The notes under the pieces: generated by a model
Databases searched by the model: none
Seen by the model: only the letters and a program-made list of their open reading frames with translations
Told to the model about the DNA's origin: nothing
Source: Candidatus Giovannonibacteria bacterium RIFCSPHIGHO2_02_FULL_45_13
GTDB taxonomy: Bacteria; Patescibacteriota; Minisyncoccia; UBA11713; 2-01-FULL-45-33
Assembly (NCBI GenBank): GCA_001778635.1
Contig: MFHO01000019.1
Span: 1 to 37,985 of the forward strand
DNA length: 37,985 bases
Reading direction: 5' to 3'
Position numbers and translations under genes: made by a program
Shown: positions 27,689-35,752 of the stretch, in pieces
How the letters are laid out: every line of letters starts with the position of its first letter
Numbering within the stretch: position 1 is the stretch's first letter

Positions 27689-28096
27689 TCAAGTATCTAG
27701 AATCACATTTTCCAGCATCCTAATCCTGGCCTTTTTGCGCCCAAAATCCAAGAAAACGGCAGCGATGTCTATTTGAAAATCTGTTTCGTCAGGCATTTTT
27801 CTGTCCAATAGATATGTGCGGATAGCGCGGCTCAGCCTTTGTTTTTTCCAAAGACGAATATTTGCTTCGGGCAAATATTCGTCTTTGCCCTCCGAAGCTT
27901 TAGCGTAGGAGGGTCTTACTGTTAGCGCCTTCACCTCCACAAAATGCAAAACGCCGTCCAGCTCCGCCACAATATCAATCTCCCCCCATTTTTTCCGATA
28001 ATTTCTCTCAATAATCTTATACCCCTTCCCTTCCAAAAAACTTGCCGTCAATTCTTCCCCAAGATTCCCCGTCTTTTGTTTTTCGGTTTGAGGCAT
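27689..28096 (-). CDS. yraN: YraN/UPF0102 family endonuclease-like protein
   Basis: GNLGEE...L..KGYKIIERNYRKKWGEIDIVA...FVEVK. Confidence 0.9.
   Translation of the reverse strand: MPQTEKQKTGNLGEELTASFLEGKGYKIIERNYRKKWGEIDIVAELDGVLHFVEVKALTVRPSYAKASEGKDEYLPEANIRLWKKQRLSRAIRTYLLDRKMPDETDFQIDIAAVFLDFGRKKARIRMLENVILDT
27884..27913. repeat. 30-bp hairpin element in frame inside yraN
   Basis: TTTG-CCCTCC-GAA-GCT-TT-AGC-GTA-GGAGGG; encodes PSYAKASEGK. Confidence 0.75.
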
Positions 28097-28287
28097 TGGC
28101 TAAAGCGTAACAAAATGCATAATTAAAACCAGATTAAGGAGGGCTTGTGGAATTGTTTTCGAAAGATCTTGAGACAGCGTAAGAAATTGTTGAGGAATTA
28201 AATGAAATTGTAGGAATTTACAAAGCCATTCTCGAAAGAGAAACGAGCGAGAAAATTGCCTATTTTGAGCTTCTTTTTGCGCATAAT

Positions 28288-28677
28288 ATGGCGCCTTTAA
28301 GCAAAATCGGGCTTTGGATGTCAGCCGAATTTTTCCAAGACACCTTTCTTGATTTTTGGAAAGATCGCGAAATACAGAGTTATGCGACATGGCGGCAAAT
28401 CGCAGCAATGGCCTCCCTGCTCTGGCTTTGGCTAATAGCAAATGAGCATAAGCTGAATTTAATAGAAACGACTTTCTTAAAAGACCAAAAAGCGCGCTTA
28501 TTTTTCCTGATTCCGGATTTGCTTGAGAAACAACAAATCTCTCCTTACGTAAAAAATCCCCATTTTGGCGCAGAAATCCAGTTTGACGAATTGAAATTTG
28601 CCTCAAGATGTTTATTTCAAGCTCTAACAGAAGACCAAGAAGACAAACAAGAAAATCAAAAGGCCCTGCTGCATTAA
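28288..28677 (+). CDS. Hypothetical protein
   Basis: 129-aa ORF convergent with the next gene at a shared hairpin (about 28659-28690); start uncertain. Confidence 0.5.
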   Translation: MAPLSKIGLWMSAEFFQDTFLDFWKDREIQSYATWRQIAAMASLLWLWLIANEHKLNLIETTFLKDQKARLFFLIPDLLEKQQISPYVKNPHFGAEIQFDELKFASRCLFQALTEDQEDKQENQKALLH

Positions 28678-28994
28678 GCCGGGCCTTTTTCATCATTCTG
28701 CCAGCAAATTTTGGCTGGCTTGGCGATAATTTGCCAACTTTTCCATTTCTCAAACTGTTCTTGCGTTGCGGTTTTGAGCGTTGGCCCCCCGAATGCAAAA
28801 GCAATGTACTTATATTGGATTTCCATCTCGCCACTATCCTTATTTTTCTTTTCAACGACCTGATAAAAAACATGCCCATTTTTAACCTCACCGCCGCTTC
28901 CTTGCGGCATGCTTGATCCGAATGCGTCTTCGTGAAGCTCAACGGCGGGGTTGATGATAACCTCATTGCCATTTTCCTGTTTCACATACCACAT
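28674..28994 (-). CDS. Hypothetical protein
   Basis: AAGGAGG RBS; TTGACT-17-TAATTT promoter. Confidence 0.65.
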   Translation of the reverse strand: MWYVKQENGNEVIINPAVELHEDAFGSSMPQGSGGEVKNGHVFYQVVEKKNKDSGEMEIQYKYIAFAFGGPTLKTATQEQFEKWKSWQIIAKPAKICWQNDEKGPA

Positions 28995-29114
28995 TTTCGT
29001 GCCTCCTTATTTTTTAGATTTTGAACTCTTCAACTCAAAATTATCACAACCACGCTCAAAAGTCAAATTTGAGAGCTAAATTTGAAAATTAATGACTTCG
29101 TAAGTCCTTAATTT

Positions 29115-30443
29115 CTATAATTCTTCCAAAATCCTCTCCCTTAATCCATCAAAACCCCTACAAGACATAATTATTATCACGTCATTAGGCTTAACGTCAT
29201 GTTTCACATGAAACAATAGCTTTTCCAAGTCATCAAACGATTTGGCTTGCGTACCGAGCCTATTAAGCTCTTTGGTTATATGTTTCACATGAAACACCTC
29301 ATCGGCTTTAAGGCTATCGGCTTTGTACGGCTTGTATAGATAAACAATATCAGCGCGCCGAAATGCCTCAACATATTGCTTCTCAAAGATTCGACGCTTG
29401 GACGAGGCCGATCCTGGTTCAAACATTAAGAATAGTCGTGAAGCATGAAACTTGGAGCGTAAGGCCATCAATGTTTCACGGACAGCTGTAGGATGATGAG
29501 CGTAATCATCAATCACGGTTATTCCATGTTTCACACCTATAATTTCTGATCGGCGTTGCACGCCTCTAAAGCTGGCAATGGCCTTTTTGATTGTTTCATG
29601 TGAAACACCAATGAATCTGGCCACAGCCGTAGCGGCTAGAATATTGTTGGTAATATAATCAGCACGTTTTGCTCCAAATAGTTTCACGCTTGTCCGCCGA
29701 AGCTTTAGCGAAGGCGGATGAAACTTGCTTACCAGCTCCATCACGTTTTTATCATGCTTATTAGCAACCAAAAGACCATTTTTGGGTATCAAATTTATGA
29801 AACGCGCAAAAGCGTATTTGTAAGCCTCAATATCTTTATAAATATCCACGTGGTCGAGCTCGATATTGTTGATTACTCCGATAAATGGTCGGTAATGCCA
29901 AAATTTAGGGCTTTTATCAAAAAACGCCGTGTCATATTCATCACCCTCTAAAATAATATATTTGCCTTTGCCAAGCTTAAAACTTGAATTGAAATTATTA
30001 GCCACACCACCAACGAAAACGGTCGGATCCAACTTCGCGCATTCTAATATCCAACTCACTAACGCTGTGATAGTTGTTTTACCGTGTGTACCAGTTATTA
30101 CAACAGGTTTTTTTCTGCCAGCTGGCAGATCTATAAATTCGTCCAATAGAATATCGGACATTGACCGATATAGATGTCCGATAGACATTATATATTCGAG
30201 TTCTGGATTGCCGCGGCCGATTGCATTGCCAACAACCACAACGTCTGACCGCCAATGTTTCATGTGAAACTTCGAATACGGCGTAAAAATCTTAATTTTT
30301 AGCCTCTCTAGCATGCTTTTCATCGGTTCATACATTTCTTGGTCAGATCCGGCCACTTCATAGCCTTTTGCTTTTAACAGCCCGGCCAAACTCGCCATCG
30401 CCACCCCGCCTATGCCAATTAGATAAAACCTCTTTTTTCTCAT
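29115..30443 (-). CDS. mpl: Murein peptide ligase Mpl (MurC-like Mur ligase)
   Basis: GIGGVAMASLA..L...G..V.GSD, GNAIGRGNPE, TGTHGKTT, EGDEYDTAFFDKSPKF, NNIELDHVDIY, GVQRR, DDYAHHPTAV. Start placed at ATG 30443, with TATTAT 6 nt upstream. Confidence 0.85.
   Translation of the reverse strand: MRKKRFYLIGIGGVAMASLAGLLKAKGYEVAGSDQEMYEPMKSMLERLKIKIFTPYSKFHMKHWRSDVVVVGNAIGRGNPELEYIMSIGHLYRSMSDILLDEFIDLPAGRKKPVVITGTHGKTTITALVSWILECAKLDPTVFVGGVANNFNSSFKLGKGKYIILEGDEYDTAFFDKSPKFWHYRPFIGVINNIELDHVDIYKDIEAYKYAFARFINLIPKNGLLVANKHDKNVMELVSKFHPPSLKLRRTSVKLFGAKRADYITNNILAATAVARFIGVSHETIKKAIASFRGVQRRSEIIGVKHGITVIDDYAHHPTAVRETLMALRSKFHASRLFLMFEPGSASSKRRIFEKQYVEAFRRADIVYLYKPYKADSLKADEVFHVKHITKELNRLGTQAKSFDDLEKLLFHVKHDVKPNDVIIIMSCRGFDGLRERILEEL
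29200..29215. promoter_or_regulatory. parS: parS-like site
   Basis: TGTTTCACATGAAACA versus the parS consensus TGTTTCACGTGAAACA. Confidence 0.8.
29281..29296. promoter_or_regulatory. parS: parS-like site
   Basis: TGTTTCACATGAAACA. Confidence 0.8.
29592..29607. promoter_or_regulatory. parS: parS-like site
   Basis: TGTTTCATGTGAAACA. Confidence 0.8.
29689..29718. repeat. 30-bp hairpin element in frame inside mpl, splitting a parS palindrome
   Basis: CTTG-TCCGCC-GAA-GCT-TT-AGC-GAA-GGCGGA; the flanks rejoin to AGTTTCACGTGAAACT. Confidence 0.8.
30256..30271. promoter_or_regulatory. parS: parS-like site
   Basis: TGTTTCATGTGAAACT. Confidence 0.75.
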
Positions 30444-30578
30444 GTATAAATAATAACAAAAAAGCGCTCCGACTACTGTCGAAACGCTTATTTTCTCTAA
30501 CACAATCAGATTTTGGCTTGCCCGCCATCTGATCTATGCTTTCCTTTGGCATCCACGACCTTGGTCGGGACCCTCCGG

Positions 30579-31604
30579 CTAAGCTGTTAGATTTTCATGT
30601 GGTTTGAAATAGTGCGAAGCGCAATTTGCGTTATTTGGTGAAACCTCTGCGAGGCATCTTGTACACTCTAAAAGATCAATCACTGGTTTGCGGTCTGGTC
30701 CGATATGGTTCCTTTTTACTTTGTAGGCTCCATGGATTGTGCCGTTGTCCCTAGACTCAAATGAATATAAAGCCCCCTCAGCACATTTTGCGTATCCTTC
30801 CAACACGGATTTTGTTTCAGCGACACTTTCTCGTAAAATGCTGTTTAGCGCCTGATGTACTGTTTTCAAACGGTCTTGTTCCGTTTTCAAACGATCTTGT
30901 TCCGTGTGGAGTTCGCTTATCGTTTCAACCAGTCTATCATTTTCTTGCTTTTGCTTTCTGATTTCTTCATCTGCGCCCTCTTTTAATCGCAGTTGTTCGT
31001 GGGCCAAGCTGAGCTTTGTATGGACATGCGCAAAGTCTTTTTCTAGGGCCTTCTGCTTGTCTTCGGTTTCCCAAAGTTTTTTGATTACATCGGCGTTTTT
31101 GGTTTCGGCTTCATTAATTCGCTGTTTTACATCCAGACCCCATAAAAACCACCAGCACCAAAGCAAAGCTAGCGCCACGCTGATAATGACTAGGCCACGA
31201 ATATCCGGCAATTTGCTGTCTTGCCCTTCTTGATAAGCTCTATTCGCCGCGATGCGCTCGTAAAACTTTATCGGTTTCACCACTGACTCCACTGAATACA
31301 AAGGAACGCGCAGTTTGCCGCCAGTTAAAATTAAATCTTTGCTTTTCACACTCGGATTCTCTTTGTTCATCGCCCGCAATTCATTCACGGTAGTACCGAA
31401 AATCTTTGCTAATTTCGTTAAATTGTCCCCGCGCCTAATTTTATATTCAAAAGGTCTGATTACCGGCAGTTCGGAAACCGGCTCAATATTCACGGTTTCA
31501 CTTAGTTTTGCGTTCGGGTCCGGTAAAATGACTTGAGCCGCTTTTGAATTCGCCACGAAAATAAGCGCACACGTAAGCATTGCCGCAAAAACCACCTTTT
31601 TCAT
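30579..31604 (-). CDS. LysM domain membrane protein with coiled coil and C-terminal Cys/His motif
   Basis: Signal peptide, LysM YKIRRGDNLTKLAKIFGTTVNELRAMN...LILTGGKLRVP, TM helix, coiled coil, CTRC...C..H; GGAGG RBS. Confidence 0.8.
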   Translation of the reverse strand: MKKVVFAAMLTCALIFVANSKAAQVILPDPNAKLSETVNIEPVSELPVIRPFEYKIRRGDNLTKLAKIFGTTVNELRAMNKENPSVKSKDLILTGGKLRVPLYSVESVVKPIKFYERIAANRAYQEGQDSKLPDIRGLVIISVALALLWCWWFLWGLDVKQRINEAETKNADVIKKLWETEDKQKALEKDFAHVHTKLSLAHEQLRLKEGADEEIRKQKQENDRLVETISELHTEQDRLKTEQDRLKTVHQALNSILRESVAETKSVLEGYAKCAEGALYSFESRDNGTIHGAYKVKRNHIGPDRKPVIDLLECTRCLAEVSPNNANCASHYFKPHENLTA

Positions 31605-31675
31605 AAAGCCTCCAACTTTTTCAATCTAAAAACAACCCTAGCAAAAGGGTTGTTTAAATGCAAGTCCACCGCCAA

Positions 31676-32740
31676 TTATTCGATTTTATAACCGACGCGT
31701 TTTAGAAGTTTTGCCAGATCCCCGGCTCCATTAATGGCGCCGTATTTTTTTTCCAGCTCTTCGGACTCCTTCTTTGCGGCAGATGCGTTGGCTTCAAAAT
31801 TTTCGTCTTTGATAAATTGCTTCAGCCGGCTTTTTATCTCTTCGGCTTTGGCGCTCCCATTAATAATCTTGTTGGTTGCCAGACTTTCATTCCAAAGAAT
31901 TTTTTGCCAGAGAGCAAAGCCTCGTTGCGCTTTTTTAAAATTAATAACGGTTTTGGCCATTTCCGACATTTCTTCCGAAGTTAGATTTTGTATTCCTTTG
32001 GTAAGCTTTTCTTTGATTTGATCCTGTGTTTCCCTTAATTCCGCATTCCCGCTGTTCCGGAATTTTCCGTAGTCGCTGCCGGTCCCCACATCTCCGCGCA
32101 GATCGGCGCTGGCAATCGCAAAAGCCCTCAACGAACTATCCGGAGTGAGATATCGTTGAGAGATTTTTAATCCTTTTGTGCCGTCTGGCAGATCAGCCAT
32201 CATAAAATCAGGATAGGTTGCGGCGATATCCATTAAAATTTCCTGCCGGAAACCGCCTGATTCGGTTTGAAAAACCCCAGCTCCGTTATTATGATAAACA
32301 TATTTCTCAAGTTCTTTGAGCAATTCTTCCGCGCTATTTCTTTCGTTGCCGATGGTGTGTCCGCTTTCTCTCGCCGCTTTTCCTAAGTTTTCATCTTCAA
32401 ATCCTTCAAAACCGCGCAGTCTTTTTCTCGGCTGGCCTTTCGGCCTCAAGCTTGCCTGAACAATATCGTGATACAAACTCTCGCTTGCTACAAAATCCAA
32501 ATCGAAATCGCTGACTAAACCTGGGTCAATTTCTTTAACAATTTCTAAAACGCGCCTCGCATTCTTGGCCACGTTCTCCGAATGTTCCCGAACATGATAC
32601 TCCATCGGGTCTTGGCCTTCCGACCCGAAACGCTCGTTGAGAATCTTGCGCGCGCCTTCATTAATTTTTAAATACGCTTCGTTGATGCTCTCAACAACAA
32701 TTTTATTGCCTTCCGACTCTCTGGCTTCAAACTGTTCCAT
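31676..32740 (-). CDS. HD-superfamily hypothetical protein
   Basis: YHVREHS...SLYHDIVQ...NERNSAE...I.AT...ASADL pattern. Confidence 0.6.
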   Translation of the reverse strand: MEQFEARESEGNKIVVESINEAYLKINEGARKILNERFGSEGQDPMEYHVREHSENVAKNARRVLEIVKEIDPGLVSDFDLDFVASESLYHDIVQASLRPKGQPRKRLRGFEGFEDENLGKAARESGHTIGNERNSAEELLKELEKYVYHNNGAGVFQTESGGFRQEILMDIAATYPDFMMADLPDGTKGLKISQRYLTPDSSLRAFAIASADLRGDVGTGSDYGKFRNSGNAELRETQDQIKEKLTKGIQNLTSEEMSEMAKTVINFKKAQRGFALWQKILWNESLATNKIINGSAKAEEIKSRLKQFIKDENFEANASAAKKESEELEKKYGAINGAGDLAKLLKRVGYKIE

Positions 32741-32785
32741 AATAGTTTTCTATCATAAAATTAAGCGTTCTGCAAGACAAAAAAT

Positions 32786-32819
32786 TCCTCTCTTAAATTT
32801 AAGAGGGGTTAGGGGAGTT
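32786..32819 (+). repeat. Intergenic palindromic element
   Basis: TCCTCTCTTAA-AT-TTAAGAGGGG followed by TTAGGGGAGTT. Confidence 0.5.
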
Positions 32820-32912
32820 ATTAAAGTAAGCCGCCGTGAAAGTGCTCGCGGGCCGCTTCACTAGAATTTTTTTTTAAAAACCACCGAAAATCTGGATTTT
32901 GTTGGCTTTGGC

Positions 32913-33491
32913 CTACGCCGCCTTTTTACCAATGCTTTTCAAGCACAATTTCATGTATTCATCTTTGATAAACTCAATTTTTCCTTTTTGCGGAAAAGGT
33001 TTCAGCGTCCCTATCGATTTAAGAACGACTTCTTGCCCGCCGCAAAGCGCATCGTGCACAACGCGCACCCAGATGTCCAGCATCAATCCGACAAATCCGT
33101 GAAAATTAGCTTTATCGCAAAATTTTTTTCTGAATTTTTTTAACAGTCTATCCTCTTTCATTTGCGTCGCGAAAAAACCAGCAACGTAACTTTCCAACGG
33201 CTTAATCGTACTCTCGTTCCCAAAAAGATGCTTCATTTTCAGCTCTTTTTTCATTTCTTTCTCGGTAACAAAGTCAACATCTTTCTTTCTCGGGCGCAGC
33301 CGAAATTCTCCCACCCATGCTATTTGCAATTTTTGCCCTTCCAGAATGGAATTTCTGCAATTGATTATCAGGGAGTTGCAGAAATCTTTACCCAATTCTT
33401 CCGCCGATGGCTCAGCAAATCCTTCATCCCAGAGAACGCCTTCCGCCTCCAAATTACGCCTAAAGTCTTCAAGATCGTACATATTTCTCAT
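32913..33491 (-). CDS. Hypothetical protein with two HU/IHF-like core repeats
   Basis: SILEGQKLQIAWVGEF...VDF and DALCGGQEVVLKSIGTL...IEF align by eye to HU GALKNGEEVSIAGFGAF...PRF. Confidence 0.6.
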   Translation of the reverse strand: MRNMYDLEDFRRNLEAEGVLWDEGFAEPSAEELGKDFCNSLIINCRNSILEGQKLQIAWVGEFRLRPRKKDVDFVTEKEMKKELKMKHLFGNESTIKPLESYVAGFFATQMKEDRLLKKFRKKFCDKANFHGFVGLMLDIWVRVVHDALCGGQEVVLKSIGTLKPFPQKGKIEFIKDEYMKLCLKSIGKKAA

Positions 33492-33664
33492 TTTTTAACC
33501 AATCTTCTGACTATAAGCTAACAAAAAGCCGCCCTCTAAGTCAAGGCGCGTAATGCTATGGGGCAGGGATTGCTAGCGCTATCCATTACACAAAGCCGAT
33601 GTGCGCAAACGTTGATTAAAATTGCATTTTTAAAAACAAATTATCTAAAAACAAAAAGGGCTGC

Positions 33665-34099
33665 TTATGCAGCCGCTTTAACAAACTGGTGTTCAATGTT
33701 CCACTTGAAATGTGTTTCTGTAGTCGTAATCCTTTCAGTGTTTTCTGGCACCTTGCCTGTGTTTAACCATTCAAAAAAGTTTCCTTTTGCGTCTCTCTCC
33801 ATCTCAACAATGTAATATTCTCTACTATCCACATCCCGCTTAAAGCTCAAGATTTTGCCTTTGGGTCTTACGCCGTAACCAACAATATTTCTATTTTTCA
33901 GCTCAATGACATCGCCTGCTTTAAACTTAAAGTAGCCATTGGTATTATACCAGACAGCCAGTTTCCCAGAACTCAAAGTAAGATTACTGGGTATAAGGTA
34001 AAGAGCGAACCAACCGGCGATTTTCTTCGGTATTTTATTCATATATAATGGCGCGCTTAAAAAAAGCAGCACTGTCAGTACAAAAATCGTCTTTTTCAT
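33665..34099 (-). CDS. Hypothetical exported/membrane-anchored protein
   Basis: AGGAGG before ATG 34099 (MKKTIFVLTVLLFLSA signal-like). Confidence 0.65.
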   Translation of the reverse strand: MKKTIFVLTVLLFLSAPLYMNKIPKKIAGWFALYLIPSNLTLSSGKLAVWYNTNGYFKFKAGDVIELKNRNIVGYGVRPKGKILSFKRDVDSREYYIVEMERDAKGNFFEWLNTGKVPENTERITTTETHFKWNIEHQFVKAAA

Positions 34100-34151
34100 C
34101 GTCAAACCTCCTAAAAATTTATCTTCCACCATCCTAGCAAAAAACCGCCTT

Positions 34152-35723
34152 TTAAGTCAAGGCGGTATGTTTGATGATGCGCTTTTTAGCTTCGTCCCAA
34201 AGATTGCCGTTTCGTACAATGGTGCTATCCAAATCTTTTTTGATTTGCTCGTGAATCAGCGCAGTAAGCAAGGACGGCTCTTTAAACCACATAAATTCTT
34301 TCGGCCAGCTCTCATTAAATTCTCTTAAAATCAATTCTTTCGTGGCCCACAACGGCAAGATGTCTGCGACGCGGAACGGTTCGCGCTGATCTTCCAAGGC
34401 CAGCGCGCTTTTTTCTCCGAGTTCTCGCGCGACTTTTTCTTTTAGATCAGACATTTGTCTTTCGTAAAGCGGTGGGACATAAAAAGAAATTTTTCCGTCC
34501 ACCCAAGCGCGCGCGATGTTGCTTCTCTGAACATTGGACGCACCTTCGTAAATATCTAACGGCAAAGAGTCAAGAACAAAGCGCGCGATTTCCATATCAG
34601 CAAGATAGCCAGAGCCGCCGTAAATTCTTTGCGCTTCCTGCGTCAGCCATCTCGCGTTTTCAGATGAAAACAGCTTTGCAAGTGAAGCGTAATGAGCAAA
34701 TTCCGCGCCTTGGTCTTCCAGCCAAGCGGAATAAAAAAGTAAAATTCTGGAAATGTCGGCAGCAAGGACCATTTTCACGATTGGGTCGCCAATTCCCGAA
34801 TGAACAATGGTTGGCACGCCGAAAGCGATGCGATTTTGCGCGTGCTTTAAAGAAAGTAAGGTGACTGCATCCAAGATTCCAATTCCCTGCGCCGCGATCC
34901 AATTGCGTCCGTGGTTTAGTGTTGCCATAGCGCCCTTGCCAAAACCATTACCAAGTTCGCCCAAAAGGCAGCTTTCCGGCACAAAAAGATTGTTGAACAC
35001 GATTGAACCCATGTGAGCGGCATGAAGCCCTAATTTCTGTTCAGGTTTTCCGATTTTAAGCGCCCCGCTTTTTTTATCTTCACGCCTCACAGGAATCAAA
35101 AAAGCTGAAACGCCGCGATGGTCTTTAATTGTGCGATCGGTTCTTGCAAAAACAATTAAAAATTTCGCGACAGGAGCGTTCGTGATAAAACACTTTTCGC
35201 CGGAGATTGAAAAACCTCCGCTAACCGGCTCGGCATAAGTTTCTATGCGCGCAGCGTCTGACCCGTGATTCGGCTCTGTAAGGCAGAACGATCCCAAAAT
35301 TTTTCCGGCGACAAGTTCTGGCAGCCATTTTCTTTTTTGCTCTTCGCTCCCAAGCCTGAACAGGGGATCGCTAACCAATGAATTGCCGACTCCCAGAATC
35401 AATGCTCCTCCCGACCAGACTTTGCACATTTCTATCATGGCAATAACGCCCGAGAGATTGTCCATTCCTGCGCCGCCGTATTCTTCCGGAATATTTATGC
35501 CGCAAAGCCCCAGCTCTGCCATTTCTCTCACAAGCGGCCACGCGAAAGGCGCGTTGTGCCGCTCGTACTTTTGGATCATTCCCGGCTTATCTTGTTTATC
35601 TTTCGGATCTGCTTTATGCGTGATGTCCGCCGCATTCATTCTCTCGCGCACCATATTCCTTACCATCAAATGCTCTTCGGCTAATTTCATTGTCGATGTC
35701 ATTTCTGGTGAAATACGTAGCAC
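34152..35723 (-). CDS. Acyl-CoA dehydrogenase with C-terminal extension
   Basis: GLCGINIPEEYGGAG, FCLTEPNHGSDA, GEKCFITN, KLGL, LNHGR, R.AFG, QRIYGGSGY, IYEGASNVQR. Confidence 0.92.
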   Translation of the reverse strand: MLRISPEMTSTMKLAEEHLMVRNMVRERMNAADITHKADPKDKQDKPGMIQKYERHNAPFAWPLVREMAELGLCGINIPEEYGGAGMDNLSGVIAMIEMCKVWSGGALILGVGNSLVSDPLFRLGSEEQKRKWLPELVAGKILGSFCLTEPNHGSDAARIETYAEPVSGGFSISGEKCFITNAPVAKFLIVFARTDRTIKDHRGVSAFLIPVRREDKKSGALKIGKPEQKLGLHAAHMGSIVFNNLFVPESCLLGELGNGFGKGAMATLNHGRNWIAAQGIGILDAVTLLSLKHAQNRIAFGVPTIVHSGIGDPIVKMVLAADISRILLFYSAWLEDQGAEFAHYASLAKLFSSENARWLTQEAQRIYGGSGYLADMEIARFVLDSLPLDIYEGASNVQRSNIARAWVDGKISFYVPPLYERQMSDLKEKVARELGEKSALALEDQREPFRVADILPLWATKELILREFNESWPKEFMWFKEPSLLTALIHEQIKKDLDSTIVRNGNLWDEAKKRIIKHTALT

Positions 35724-35752
35724 AAATTAAAAATCGCCGCAAGGGCGACTTT

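Noticed and set aside
28100-28972. 290-aa minus-strand ORF in the track
   Set aside because: It overlaps two better-supported ORFs (28288-28677 + and 28674-28994 - with RBS and promoter), runs through their shared hairpin and has atypical composition. It is treated as a shadow ORF.
30444-30503. N-terminal extension of mpl given by the ORF track
   Set aside because: It spans the upstream terminator hairpin and the -10 element; homology starts at MRKKRFYLIGIGG (ATG 30443).
33697-33712. parS-like TGTTCCACTTGAAATG
   Set aside because: Several mismatches, broken symmetry and isolated from the cluster; likely chance.
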